DNA from: Actinomycetota bacterium | Lineage (GTDB): Bacteria; Actinomycetota; UBA4738; HRBIN12 | Assembly: GCA_039933515.1 (NCBI GenBank) | Contig: JBDTNY010000092.1 | Span: 1 to 53,499 of the forward strand | Reading direction: 5' to 3' | DNA length: 53,499 bases | Shown here: positions 35,656-46,034 of the stretch, one piece after another | Layout: every line of letters begins with the position of its first letter | Position numbering within the stretch: the first letter of the stretch is position 1 | The notes under the pieces: model-generated | Seen by the model: the letters and a program-made list of their open reading frames with translations, nothing else | The model's database searches: none | Told to the model about the DNA's origin: nothing | Translations under genes and position numbers: made by a program

Positions 35656-37140
35656 TCACGCCTGGAGGAGCGCGACGAGCGCTGCGGCGTCGGCCGCCTG
35701 CTCGAGGAGCCCCTCGACATGCTCCTTGGTCCCCCTGAGGGGTTCCCGCATCGGGATCCGCTGCAACGCGTCGGCGCCGGTATCGATGATGAGGGAGTCC
35801 CACGAGGCGGCGGCGATCGAATCCGGGAACCGTGCGATGCAGCGGCCGCGGAAGTAAGCGCGCGTATCCTCGGGCGGATCGTCGATCGCGGCGTCGACCT
35901 CGGCGTCGGTGGTCAGCCGCTCGACCTTCCCCGACGCCTCCAGCCGGTAGTAGAGGCCCCGGTCACGCCGGACGTCGTGGTACTGCAGGTCGATCGCCCG
36001 GAGCTTCGGGTCCGACCACTCGAGGCCGTCGCGGTCGCGATAGGCCTGCAGCAGGCGTTGCTTCGCCACCCAGTCCAACTGACCGTGGAGCGAGGACGGA
36101 TCGTCCTCGAGCGCGGTCAGCACTGCCTCCCACCGCGCGACCACCTCGCGCTGCTCCGGGGTATCGTCCTCGCGCTCCACGTACTTCTTCGCGTGCTCGA
36201 GGTACTCCCACTGGAGCTGCACGGCGTTGACCATTCGTCCGTCGGCGAGCGTCATCTGGGCCTGACAGCTGGGGTCGCGTGAGATCTCGTGAAGGGCCTG
36301 CACGGGGTTCTGCACGGTGAGGTCGGGGAGGAATGCGTCCTCGATCATCTTGAGCACGATCGCGGTCGTCCCGATCTTCAGGAAGGTCGAGACCTCGCAC
36401 ATGTTCGCGTCGCCCACGATCACATGGAGACGTCGGTAGCGCTCGGGGTCGGCGTGCGGCTCGTCGCGGGTGTTGATGATAGGCCTCTTCAGAGTGGTCT
36501 CGAGGCCAACCTCGGTCTCGAAGAAGTCGGCTCGCTGCGTGAGCTGGAACCGGCTGGAGCCCCGCTCGTCCCACGGCGCCTCGGCGCCCACCTTGCCCGC
36601 GCCCGTGAAGACGATGCGCGAGACGAAGAAGGGCGTCAGGTCGCGCACGATGTCGCCGAACGGGGTGGCGCGATCGACGAGGTAGTTCTCGTGCGTCCCG
36701 TAGGAGTTCCCCTTGCCGTCGCTGTTGTTCTTGTAGATCGACAGCGCCGGCGCGGACGGCATCACGCGCGCGACCTCGGTGAGCGAACGCTCGAGGATCC
36801 GCTCCCCCGCCTTGTCGTGCACGACGAGCGCGCGGGGGGTCAGGCATTCGGGCGTCGAGTACTCAGGGTGCGCGTGATCGACGTAGTACCGCGCGCCGTT
36901 GGGCAAGATCACGTTCGCCAGGCCCAGATCCTCGTCCGACCCCGCGTTCGCCGGCACGGGCTCGAATCCGCGGGCGTCGCGCATCGGCGATTCCTGCTCG
37001 TAGTCCCAGCGGATCCGCCGCAGCGAACCGGCGTACGTCGAGATCAGCAGGGACGAGGATAGGACGGGGTTGAACTCGGGCGAGCCGGCCGCGGCGATCC
37101 CGTACTCCGTCTCGATGCCGAAGACCTTGGGGATGGCCAT
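35656..37140 (-). CDS. dop: Depupylase/deamidase Dop
   Basis: GIETEYG, NGARYYVDHAHPEYSTPE, YGTHENY, AASWDS. Confidence 0.96.
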   Translation of the reverse strand: MAIPKVFGIETEYGIAAAGSPEFNPVLSSSLLISTYAGSLRRIRWDYEQESPMRDARGFEPVPANAGSDEDLGLANVILPNGARYYVDHAHPEYSTPECLTPRALVVHDKAGERILERSLTEVARVMPSAPALSIYKNNSDGKGNSYGTHENYLVDRATPFGDIVRDLTPFFVSRIVFTGAGKVGAEAPWDERGSSRFQLTQRADFFETEVGLETTLKRPIINTRDEPHADPERYRRLHVIVGDANMCEVSTFLKIGTTAIVLKMIEDAFLPDLTVQNPVQALHEISRDPSCQAQMTLADGRMVNAVQLQWEYLEHAKKYVEREDDTPEQREVVARWEAVLTALEDDPSSLHGQLDWVAKQRLLQAYRDRDGLEWSDPKLRAIDLQYHDVRRDRGLYYRLEASGKVERLTTDAEVDAAIDDPPEDTRAYFRGRCIARFPDSIAAASWDSLIIDTGADALQRIPMREPLRGTKEHVEGLLEQAADAAALVALLQA

Positions 37141-37149
37141 GCGGCAACC

Positions 37150-38892
37150 TTACAGGTACTGTCCGGCGTTCACGCGCTCGACCTGGCGCCCATCGCCGTC
37201 GTGGCCAAGCAGCGTCCGCACGTACACGATCCGCTCGCCTTTCTTGCCGGAGATCCGTGCCCAGTCGTCGGGGTTCGTGGTGTTGGGAAGGTCTTCGTTC
37301 TCCTTGAACTCGTCCCGGATCGCGGTGAGCAGGTCCTCGGTCTTGATGCCCTTCTCTCCCTTGGAAAGGAAGCGCTTGATCGCGTCCTTCTTGGCCCGGC
37401 GCACGATGTTCTCGATCATCGCGCCAGAGTTGAAGTCCTTGAAGTACAGGATCTCCTTGTCGCCGCTGGCGTAGGTGACCTCGAGGAATCGGTTCCGATC
37501 GCTGGGCTCGTACATCTGCTCGATCGTCTTGTCGATCATGCGGTAGCACGCCTGCTGCGGATCGCCGCCGTAGCGCGAGACCTCGTCGGGATGGATCGGG
37601 ACGACCGGGTGCAGGTACTTGGCCATGATGTCGCGCGCCTGCGGGGCATCGGGCCGCTCGATCTTGATCTTCACGTCGAGACGCCCGGGACGCAGGATCG
37701 CCGGGTCGATCAGGTCCTCGCGGTTCGAGGCACCGATCACGATGACGTTCTTCAGGGTCTCGACGCCGTCGAGCTCGCTGAGCAACTGAGGCACGATCGT
37801 AGACTCCACATCGGAGCTGATCCCCGTGCCGCGGGTGCGGAAGATCGAGTCCATCTCGTCGAAGAAGACGATCACGGGAAGGCCTTCCTCGCTCCGCTCC
37901 TTCGCCCGCTGAAAGATCTCGCGGATCTGTCGCTCGGTCTCCCCGACGTACTTGTTAAGCAGCTCGGGCCCTTTGACGTTCAGGAAGTACGAGCGCGCGT
38001 CGCTTCGGCCCGTTCGCTCGGCGACCTTCTCAGCGAGCGAGGCCGCGACGGCCTTCGCGATCAGGGTCTTGCCGCACCCGGGAGGTCCGTAGAGCAGGAT
38101 GCCCTTGGGCGCCTCGAGCTGGTGCTCGTGGAAGAGCTCGGCGTACAGGAAGGGCAGCTCCACGGCGTCACGGATCGCGTCGATCTGCCCTTCGAGGCCG
38201 CCGATGTCGTCGTAGTTGACGTCGGGGATCTCCTCGAGCACGAGCTGCTCGACCTCCTCCTTGGGGAGCAGCTCGACCGCGACGTTGGAACGGTTGTCGA
38301 ACAAGACGTTGTCGCCGACACGGATCGGGGTGTCGAGCAGTGAGCCCGCCAGGTGGGCGACGTACTCCTCGTCGCCTCGGCCCACGACGACCAGGCGGTC
38401 CTCGCCGAGCTTGTCCTTGACCTTCATGACCTCGCCGGCCCGGTCGGGCTCGAGGACCTCGACCACGTTCAGCGACTCGTTCAACACGACCTGCACGCCG
38501 GGGCGGAAGGCCCGTTCGTCAAGGTCGGGCGCCGGCATCACGCGCATCTTTCGGCCCGCCGTGAACACGTCGAGCGAGCCGTCGTCGTTCTTGCGTAGGA
38601 AGACACCGAAGGTGGCTGGCGGCTGCGAAAGCTTCTCGACCTCCTGGGCGAGCGCCTCGATCTTGTCGCGCTCCCCCCGCAGGGCGTCGGCCAGCTTCTG
38701 GTTCTGCCCCATAGCCTTGGTGAGTTGCTCGCGGGTTTCGACCAGCTTCTCCTCGAGGAGGGTGACCTGGCGCGGCGCGTTCGTGAGACGGCGGCGGAGT
38801 AGGCCGACCTCCTCTTCCAGGAACTTGACCTGACTCTGGAGTTCGTTGACCTGATCCTCGTAACGTGCAGCCTGTTCGTCTTGGCCGGGCAT
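37150..38892 (-). CDS. arc: Proteasome ATPase ARC/Mpa
   Basis: Coiled-coil, OB domains, [15 protein letters not shown]-terminal GQYL. Confidence 0.97.
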   Translation of the reverse strand: MPGQDEQAARYEDQVNELQSQVKFLEEEVGLLRRRLTNAPRQVTLLEEKLVETREQLTKAMGQNQKLADALRGERDKIEALAQEVEKLSQPPATFGVFLRKNDDGSLDVFTAGRKMRVMPAPDLDERAFRPGVQVVLNESLNVVEVLEPDRAGEVMKVKDKLGEDRLVVVGRGDEEYVAHLAGSLLDTPIRVGDNVLFDNRSNVAVELLPKEEVEQLVLEEIPDVNYDDIGGLEGQIDAIRDAVELPFLYAELFHEHQLEAPKGILLYGPPGCGKTLIAKAVAASLAEKVAERTGRSDARSYFLNVKGPELLNKYVGETERQIREIFQRAKERSEEGLPVIVFFDEMDSIFRTRGTGISSDVESTIVPQLLSELDGVETLKNVIVIGASNREDLIDPAILRPGRLDVKIKIERPDAPQARDIMAKYLHPVVPIHPDEVSRYGGDPQQACYRMIDKTIEQMYEPSDRNRFLEVTYASGDKEILYFKDFNSGAMIENIVRRAKKDAIKRFLSKGEKGIKTEDLLTAIRDEFKENEDLPNTTNPDDWARISGKKGERIVYVRTLLGHDGDGRQVERVNAGQYL

Positions 38893-39063
38893 CTGGCGTC
38901 ACCTCCGCACGGGGCGTCGAGTGTATCCCCGCCCCTGCGCAACCCTGGGAGGCGCGCGGGCGGTTCCTTCCCCCTCACTTACGGCACTTCAGCCCGGAAG
39001 GCTTAGGCCCTATTCCAAGGTAGCTCCGCCTACCGACGCAGAGGGAGTGCCGGGCAGCCGGGC

Positions 39064-39861
39064 TCAGGCCATCGGGGCGGCCAGGCGGCCCACCGTGAGG
39101 AAGCCCGTGTGCCCGACCATCCGGTGGTCGGGGCGGACGCTGCGCTCCGTCACGTGCCAGCCCCGCCTCAGGGTCTCGAAGGTCTCGACGTGTTGGAACC
39201 CCGCGCCGGGAAACGCGAGCACGAGCGTCTGCACCTGGATGATCGTCGGCAGGTAGGCGCACACCACACCGCCGGGCTCGAGCACCTTCGCGAGCGCCCG
39301 GAGCGGCCCCCAGGGCTCGGGCATGTCGAGCACGGCGCGGTCGTACCGCTCGCCGGTCTCCCCCACCTGCGAAAGGTCACCCTCCCGCAGCGTGAGACCG
39401 GGCGGCATCGCGCCGTAGAAGGTCTCGATGTTGCGGACGGCCTGCTCGCGATGCTCGTCCCTGAGCTCATAGGACACCACGACGCCGGAGTCGCCGACGG
39501 CCCGGCACAGCGCGATCGTCAGCGCGCCGGAGCCGGTCCCGGCCTCCAGCACGCGCGCGCCCGGGAACACATCGGCGTACGTCACGATGGGGCCGAGATC
39601 CTTCGGATACACGACCTGGGCGCCTCGGGGCATCTTCAGGACGTAGTCGGCGAAGCGCGGTCGGAACGCCACGAAGACCATGCCCTTGGAAGTCTCGACC
39701 TTCGTGCCTTCCGGCTTGCCGATCAGCTCCTCGTGGGACAGGGTGCCGCTGTGGGTGTGATACGTGCCCGTGGCCTGCAGGGTGAATAGATACGTTCGGT
39801 CGCGCTGATCGATCAGCAGGATCTTCTCGCCGGCCTCGAAGGGTCCCCGTGCCCCGCTCAC
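39064..39861 (-). CDS. trmI: tRNA (adenine-58-N1)-methyltransferase
   Basis: MPRGAQVVYPKD, EAGTGSG, LDMPEPW, RPDHRMVGHTGF. Confidence 0.95.
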   Translation of the reverse strand: MSGARGPFEAGEKILLIDQRDRTYLFTLQATGTYHTHSGTLSHEELIGKPEGTKVETSKGMVFVAFRPRFADYVLKMPRGAQVVYPKDLGPIVTYADVFPGARVLEAGTGSGALTIALCRAVGDSGVVVSYELRDEHREQAVRNIETFYGAMPPGLTLREGDLSQVGETGERYDRAVLDMPEPWGPLRALAKVLEPGGVVCAYLPTIIQVQTLVLAFPGAGFQHVETFETLRRGWHVTERSVRPDHRMVGHTGFLTVGRLAAPMA

Positions 39862-39945
39862 GCCGCGCCATCCGCAGGCAGGGCGCCATGGACGAGATCG
39901 CGCGATCGAAGGTTCACGCGCCCAGGCTAACGCACCGCCGGAAGG

Positions 39946-41055
39946 CTACGGCAGGACGGTGGGCAGCGGGCGGGCGCCCAGGGTGACGTCGATCGAGCGC
40001 GCCACCCCCCCATTCGTCACGATGTCGACCGAGACCCGCTGGCCCGGGTTCAGCTCTTCCAGCGCCTTGCCGAGGTCCTCGGCCGTCGCGATGGGGGTGC
40101 CGGCGACCCCCACGATCACGACTCCTTCTTGGATCCCGGCCGCTTGGGCGGGACCGTCGTTCGTGGTCGCGAGCACGTAGGCGCCGTGATCCACGCCGAG
40201 GTTGAACTGCTGTGCGAGCGCGCCGCTCACCGACTGCGTCGACACGCCGAGATAGGCGGTCGCCGCGAGCGGGTCGGCCTGGGATCGAGCGATCGTGTCC
40301 TTCGCAGAGTCGATCGAGATCGCGAACCCGATGTTCTGTGCCGCGTCGTCGCCCGCCGAGTTGATGCCCACCACGCGACCCTGCATGTCGACGAGCGGCC
40401 CGCCGGAATTGCCCTGGTTGATGGCCGCGTCGGTCTGGATCACTTCGCTGTAGGTCCGCACCCCGTTCGTGCATACATCGCACTGGGGATCCCGCGCCTG
40501 GATCGTGCGGTCGAGCGACGACACGATGCCCGTCGTCACCGTCGGGCCGCCCTCCAGCGCGAGCGCGTAGCCCAGGGCGACCACTCGCTGACCGAGGCGG
40601 AGCGAGCCAGAATCGCCGAGCTCGACCGTCGGGAGCCCGGTCGCGCCGATCTTGAGGACCGCGAGGTCGTGCAGACAGTCGGCGCCGATCACCCGCGCTT
40701 CGAACTCCCGCGGGGTGGCCTCGGAGGTGGAGACGGTGATCTTCGAGGCGCCCTCCACGACGTGACAGTTCGTCACGACCACGCCGTCGGAGCGGACGAC
40801 GAACCCGGTCCCCACGCCCTGGGCCTGCGACGCGCTGCCGAGGGCGTCCTGTCGGAAGATGTCGGTCGTGACGTTCACGACCGCGGGGAGGACGCGTTCG
40901 ACTACGGCCGTCACGGGCTCCTTGCCCGGGTCCAGGGCCTGGAGCGTGGAGGAGTCGACGACGGGCGGGCTCGAGGACGAGGCATCGCCCAGTTTCACGG
41001 AGCATGCCGAGACGGCGAGGGCGAGCGCTACCAGGGGGAAGAGCAGCTTCTTCAT
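39946..41055 (-). CDS. HtrA/DegP-like serine protease lipoprotein with PDZ
   Basis: Lipobox AVSAC; TNCHV, DLAV, GNSGG triad; PDZ domain. Confidence 0.92.
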   Translation of the reverse strand: MKKLLFPLVALALAVSACSVKLGDASSSSPPVVDSSTLQALDPGKEPVTAVVERVLPAVVNVTTDIFRQDALGSASQAQGVGTGFVVRSDGVVVTNCHVVEGASKITVSTSEATPREFEARVIGADCLHDLAVLKIGATGLPTVELGDSGSLRLGQRVVALGYALALEGGPTVTTGIVSSLDRTIQARDPQCDVCTNGVRTYSEVIQTDAAINQGNSGGPLVDMQGRVVGINSAGDDAAQNIGFAISIDSAKDTIARSQADPLAATAYLGVSTQSVSGALAQQFNLGVDHGAYVLATTNDGPAQAAGIQEGVVIVGVAGTPIATAEDLGKALEELNPGQRVSVDIVTNGGVARSIDVTLGARPLPTVLP

Positions 41056-41140
41056 GATGAACAGCCTCTCAGGTCGGTCACGTTCGTGATTCGACGCCCG
41101 AGTGCAGCGGGTTCTTGAGAGATCCCTGAGAGGCGCGTCC

Positions 41141-42334
41141 TCAGACGCCGGCGGCGTCGGGTTCTTGCACCTGGGGCGGCGGGCTGGCGTGGCCGTCCAG
41201 GTATCCCTGGGCCACCATCGCCATGAAGGCGTGCACCTCGTCCTCGCTCCACGCGAACGGTCCCTGACGGAACCCCTCGGAGCCGAGACCCCGGTACACG
41301 GACTCGCACGCAAGCCAGTCCTCGCGGTTCGTGATGTCCCAGAACTCGCTCGCGTACGCCGGCGTGAAGTCGGCGCGTTCCCTGGCCTCGGGCGGGAAGA
41401 GCCACTGACACTCGACCCTGCTGCGTCCGGGCGCGAGCAGCTCGAATCGGTGGGTCATCACGTAGTCGGGATGCAGACTGATAAGCAGGTTCGGGAAGAG
41501 CCCGAAGTAGTAAACCTCGCGCCGCTGCGTGTCGTTCAGGCCCCGGATCGGGACCCCGCCTGACTCCCCCGTGAGCGACATCGTCTGGGCGAAGTCCTTC
41601 AACTGCATCGATCCACCCACCCAGTGACCGTCGTGCGCGAAGTTCTCCCCCGAGTCGGGCGGCGTCACCACACAGAGGGCAGGGTGGATCGACGGACAGT
41701 GGTAGCACTCGTGGTAGTTCTCGGTGATCGTCTTCCAGTTGGCGGCGATCTCATAGGTGTGCGAGGCGCCGACGAATAGCCGCTCGGGCTCCCACGGATC
41801 GATCAGCCCATCGAGATTGCCCACGACGTCGGCGAGCGCGGAACCCTCTCCGGAGGCGTTCACGAACAGCCATCCGTGCCATTCGGCGATCCGTGCCGAG
41901 ATCAGCGGATAGTCGGTCTTGTCGAAGCCGGCGTGGTCGCCGAACCGGGGCGCCGCCCCCAGCGAGCCGTCGAGCTGGTAGACCCACGCGTGATAGGGGC
42001 ACTTGATCGCCCGCAGGTTCCGTCCGGTCTCGGGCTCCAGGAGCTCGTGTCCCCGGTGTCGACACGTGTTGTAGAAACCCCGGAGGGTCCCGTCGAGGTC
42101 GCGGACGACGAGGATCCCCTCGGCGCCGATCCGGTAGGCGCGCTGGTCCCCCGGCACAGCGAGCTCGTCCGCCCGCCCCAGGCAGACCCATCCCCGTTCG
42201 AAGAAGTGCTCGGTTTCCCAGGCGAAGACGTCAACGGAACGGTATGCCTCCGCGGGGAGGGTCCGGCTCTCTCCCAGGGTGGGGGCCAGCACGGCGCGAA
42301 GCGTCGCGGGGTCGATCGGGCTCTGCGCAGGCAT
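41141..42334 (-). CDS. Rieske non-heme iron oxygenase alpha subunit (choline monooxygenase/GbcA-like)
   Basis: CRHRG...CPYHAW Rieske motif; ENYHECYHC..IH mononuclear Fe motif. Confidence 0.9.
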   Translation of the reverse strand: MPAQSPIDPATLRAVLAPTLGESRTLPAEAYRSVDVFAWETEHFFERGWVCLGRADELAVPGDQRAYRIGAEGILVVRDLDGTLRGFYNTCRHRGHELLEPETGRNLRAIKCPYHAWVYQLDGSLGAAPRFGDHAGFDKTDYPLISARIAEWHGWLFVNASGEGSALADVVGNLDGLIDPWEPERLFVGASHTYEIAANWKTITENYHECYHCPSIHPALCVVTPPDSGENFAHDGHWVGGSMQLKDFAQTMSLTGESGGVPIRGLNDTQRREVYYFGLFPNLLISLHPDYVMTHRFELLAPGRSRVECQWLFPPEARERADFTPAYASEFWDITNREDWLACESVYRGLGSEGFRQGPFAWSEDEVHAFMAMVAQGYLDGHASPPPQVQEPDAAGV

Positions 42335-42450
42335 CGGCGTTTCCTCGTCTCGGATAGGCGAGATTGAACGGGCGTTCAACCGGCCGCGCCCACTGTAACA
42401 GCGGTGGACGACCGGCCCGGTCTAGGTCATGACTGCAGGTCAGGGCATGC

Positions 42451-44118
42451 TCACGCGCCTGTCGCGTACACGCGCTGTCCCTCCACGAAGGTCTCGTCGA
42501 CCGTTGCATCGGCGATCTCCTCGACCGGATGCGCGAACAGGTTCCGGTCGATCAAGGCGAGGTCCGCGAATTTCCCGGGCTCGATCGAGCCAGTAGCGGC
42601 GTCGAGGTGGTTCACGAATGCCGAACCCATCGTGAAGGCCGCGAGCGCCGTCGGCAGGTCCAGCCGCTGCTCGGGCAGGAAGATCTCGTCCGATTCCACC
42701 TTGTGGTGGTACGTCGCTGGCACCTTGCGGTTGACGGCAACGTGGATCTCCTCGAGCGGGTTCGGCGTCGAGACGCTCCAATCGCTCCCCATCGCGAGGA
42801 CCGCGCCGGCCCGGACGAGGCTCGCGAAGGGATACTGCCAGCGCCACCGAGGCTCGCCCAGGAAAGGGATCGTGAGATCGTCCATCTGCGACTCGTGGGC
42901 GGCCCAGAGCGGCTGCGCATTCGCCACGGCGCGGAGCCGGGCGAACCTCGGGATGTCGTCGGGGTGTACGACCTGCAGATGCGCGAGATGGTGCCTCCCG
43001 TCGGTCGGGCCGTTCGCGGCGAGCGCCGCCTCGATCGCGTCGAGCGCCTCGCGGACCGCGCGCTCGGCCAGGGCGTGGAAGTGCACCTGGAACCCTTTCG
43101 CGTCCAGACGAGTGACGATCTCCTTCAGGAGCTCGGGGTCGACGAAGGAGATCCCGCGGTTCTCCGAGGGATGGCCCTGCGCGTCGAGGTACGGCTCGAG
43201 CACGGCGGCGGTGAAGTTCTCGCAGACGCCGTCCTGCATGATCTTCACGCTGGTCGCGGCGAACCGCCCCGCCCGCCCGCGCGCCCGCTGCGCCTCGAGT
43301 TCCTCGATCTGCTCGATGCCCAGGTGCCGGTCCCACCACAGCGCCCCCACGACGCGCGCCGTGAGGTCGCCCGCCTCGGCGGCCCTGACGTAGGTGTCGA
43401 GATTGTTCGCCCACGGGATCGTGCCCACGATCGCGTCCTGCCACGCCGTGATGCCGAGGGAATGGAGGTACGCCTGGCCCTTCAGCAGGCCTTCGTACAG
43501 CTCGGCCGGCGTCGGATCGGGCGCGTGGCGTCCGACGAGATCCATCGCGCCTTCATGGAGCGCGCCGGTGGGCTCGCCCTGGGCGTCGCGCTCGATCCGT
43601 CCGTCGGAGGGGTCGGGGGTGTCGCGCGTCACCCCACCCATCTTCATCGCGATCGAGTTCACCCAGCCGCCGTGGCCGTCCCGGTTGGGGAGGTAGACGG
43701 GACGGTCCGAGACCACCGCGTCGAGCGCGGCCGCCGTGGGGGTGCCCCCGGGGAACGCGTCCATCGACCACCCGCCGCCCAGGATCCACGGGACATCGGG
43801 GTTCGAAGCCGCGTAGGCCCCGATCGCGGCGAGATACTCCTCGGCGGTCGACAGGTCGTGGAGGTCGCACTGGAGCATGTCGACACCCCCGCCGACCGGG
43901 TGGACGTGGGCGTCCTGGAACCCCGGCACGAGCATCCGGCCGGCCAGATCGACGACCTCGGTCCGGCCCCCGGCGAGTGCCCGAACCTCGTCGTCGTTGC
44001 CGACGGCGACGATCCTGCCCTCACGGACGGCCACCGCCTGCGCCCAACTGCGCGCCGCATCGACCGTGTAGACGGAGCCGTTGACGAAGACCAGATCGGC
44101 CGAATCATTCCCGTTCAC
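42451..44118 (-). CDS. Metal-dependent amidohydrolase (amidohydrolase_3/YtcJ-like)
   Basis: PGFQDAHVH, KIMQDG, HFHA, GSDW; GAGGAGG RBS before GTG 44118. Confidence 0.92.
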   Translation of the reverse strand: MNGNDSADLVFVNGSVYTVDAARSWAQAVAVREGRIVAVGNDDEVRALAGGRTEVVDLAGRMLVPGFQDAHVHPVGGGVDMLQCDLHDLSTAEEYLAAIGAYAASNPDVPWILGGGWSMDAFPGGTPTAAALDAVVSDRPVYLPNRDGHGGWVNSIAMKMGGVTRDTPDPSDGRIERDAQGEPTGALHEGAMDLVGRHAPDPTPAELYEGLLKGQAYLHSLGITAWQDAIVGTIPWANNLDTYVRAAEAGDLTARVVGALWWDRHLGIEQIEELEAQRARGRAGRFAATSVKIMQDGVCENFTAAVLEPYLDAQGHPSENRGISFVDPELLKEIVTRLDAKGFQVHFHALAERAVREALDAIEAALAANGPTDGRHHLAHLQVVHPDDIPRFARLRAVANAQPLWAAHESQMDDLTIPFLGEPRWRWQYPFASLVRAGAVLAMGSDWSVSTPNPLEEIHVAVNRKVPATYHHKVESDEIFLPEQRLDLPTALAAFTMGSAFVNHLDAATGSIEPGKFADLALIDRNLFAHPVEEIADATVDETFVEGQRVYATGA

Positions 44119-44188
44119 GTCAGCCTCCTCGAGTTCCGGGTTGCGGCAGCATAGACGGCCGACTTGCCCTCCCGTCCCTGCGGTCGGC

Positions 44189-45787
44189 TCAGGCGAGCGC
44201 GACCAGATCGAGGAGCTCGTCATCCCAGTGGTCCAGAGTGCCGTCGGGCATCAGGAGCACGCGCTGGGGGGCCAGGGCGTGCACGAACTCCACGTCGTGG
44301 CTCACGATCACCATCGCGCCCGGCCAGTCCTGGAGGGCGACGGCGATCGCGGTGCGGCTCGGCGGGTCGAGGTTGTTGGTGGGCTCGTCGAGGAGCAGCA
44401 GGTTCTTGCGCCCGGCCACCAGTTGTGCGAGCGCGAGCTTGGTCTTCTCGCCGCCCGAGAGCGTGCCGGCGTCCTGGAACGCCATCTCGCCGTGGAGCCC
44501 GAACATGCCGAGCAAGGCGCGAAGCGCCTGGTCGTCCTCCCCCGATTCGGCCTTCATGTGGGCGAGCACGGGCATCCCGTCGCGGATGCCCTCGTGCTCC
44601 TGAGCGTAGTAGCCGGGCACCACGCCGTGCCCGAACGTGAACGTCCCCAGATCGGCCTCGGTCTGCCCGGTGAGGATCCGCAGCAGGCTCGTCTTTCCCG
44701 CACCGTTCAGGCCCATGATCAGCAGCCGCTCACCCCTGCCCAGGCTGAAGGACACGTCTTCGAAGACCGGCGGTCCCCCGTAGGCCTTCGCGAGGTCCTC
44801 GGCTACGAGCACCGTTCGTCCACAGTGCGGCGGAGCGGGGAACCTGAACCTGACGGTCCGCTCCCGTGTCGGTCCCTCGACCTTCTTCGCCTCCAGCTTG
44901 GTCGCCCGGGTATCGAGGGTCTTGGCCTTTCGAGCTCGCTTCGCGGTCTGGCCCCTCATCGAGTCGGCGAGGGTCTTCAGCCGCTTGATCTCCTGCTCCT
45001 GGCGGTGTGCGAGCGAGGTCAGGCGGTCCTCGTCGCGGCGGCGCGACTCGCGATACTGGGAGTACGTCCCGCGGTATTCGACGACGCCATCTCGGTCCAG
45101 ATGCAGGATCCGGGTGATCGAGGCGTCGAGGAGGGCTAGGTCGTGGCTCACGACCATGAGCCCGCCCTTGTACGTGGCGAGGAACTTCATCAGCCAGGCC
45201 TTGGCGTCGACGTCCAGGTGGTTCGTCGGCTCGTCGAGCAACAACAGGTCTGACCCTCCGAACAGGATCCGGGCGAGCTCGAGCCGACGGCGCTCACCGC
45301 CCGAAAGCGCGCCCACGGCCAGGCCCAGCCTGTCCTGCGCGAGCCCGAGTCCCGCCGTGATCGCTCGAGCCTCGGATTCGGCCTGATAGCCGCCCTCGTC
45401 CCGATAGCGCTCCTCGGCCCGCGCGAACCGCTGCACGTTGCGGTCCGAGTGGGACTCCTCGAGGGCGAGCCGCGCCTTCTCGACGCGCTTCGCCATCTCC
45501 ACGAGGTCTCGCGCCGACAAGATGTACTCCAGGCCGCTGCGCTCGTCGTCTTCGCGATGCTGGCGGGGATCCTGTCGCAGGTAACCAAGGGCCGCACCCC
45601 GGCTGTCGATGATGCCTCGGAGTGGCTCGGCCTCTCCGGCCAGCACCTTCATGGTGCTGGTCTTGCCGGCACCGTTTCGCCCGACCACCCCGACCTTGTC
45701 GCCGGCGCGCAGCGAGAAGGTCAGGCCTTCGACGACGGTCTTGCCGCCCGCCTCGACGGCGAGGTCGACGATCTCGAGCGTGCTCAC
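44189..45787 (-). CDS. ABC-F family ATPase (ribosome-associated)
   Basis: Two ABC domains (GRNGAGKT/LSGGE/LLDEPTNHLD and GLNGAGKT/LSGGE/DEPTNNLD) with linker, no TM; GGAG RBS before GTG 45787. Confidence 0.93.
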   Translation of the reverse strand: MSTLEIVDLAVEAGGKTVVEGLTFSLRAGDKVGVVGRNGAGKTSTMKVLAGEAEPLRGIIDSRGAALGYLRQDPRQHREDDERSGLEYILSARDLVEMAKRVEKARLALEESHSDRNVQRFARAEERYRDEGGYQAESEARAITAGLGLAQDRLGLAVGALSGGERRRLELARILFGGSDLLLLDEPTNHLDVDAKAWLMKFLATYKGGLMVVSHDLALLDASITRILHLDRDGVVEYRGTYSQYRESRRRDEDRLTSLAHRQEQEIKRLKTLADSMRGQTAKRARKAKTLDTRATKLEAKKVEGPTRERTVRFRFPAPPHCGRTVLVAEDLAKAYGGPPVFEDVSFSLGRGERLLIMGLNGAGKTSLLRILTGQTEADLGTFTFGHGVVPGYYAQEHEGIRDGMPVLAHMKAESGEDDQALRALLGMFGLHGEMAFQDAGTLSGGEKTKLALAQLVAGRKNLLLLDEPTNNLDPPSRTAIAVALQDWPGAMVIVSHDVEFVHALAPQRVLLMPDGTLDHWDDELLDLVALA

Positions 45788-45945
45788 GGCGAACTCCGAG
45801 GATGGAAGACGGGGCACGGGAACGAGCGGGACATCGGTGGAACCTCCTGGGGAACGGGTTCGGCGAACATGCACGCGGACACGGGCCACGTCGGTGGTGG
45901 CGGCGTGCGTCGAGGAGGTCCCGCTAACTCATCGCGCAGAGTCTA
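45788..45945 (-). promoter_or_regulatory. ABC-F leader: -10 TAGACT, leaderless uORF ATG-AGT-TAG and alternative pairings
   Basis: TAGACT 45945-45940; ATG at 45932; AGCGGGAC/GTCCCGCT and ACCTCCT/AGGAGGT complementarities. Confidence 0.5.
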
Positions 45946-45985
45946 GCAACGAGGAGCCCCTCGGAGCGCTCGAGGCGGCACGACG

Positions 45986-46019
45986 CGACGAAGGGGCCCG
46001 GTACCGGGCCCCTTCGTCG
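45986..46019. terminator. Perfect 34-bp palindrome, probable terminator of the upstream microprotein gene
   Basis: CGACGAAGGGGCCCGGT|ACCGGGCCCCTTCGTCG. Confidence 0.7.
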
Positions 46020-46034
46020 TTCGTTCGTACCGGG

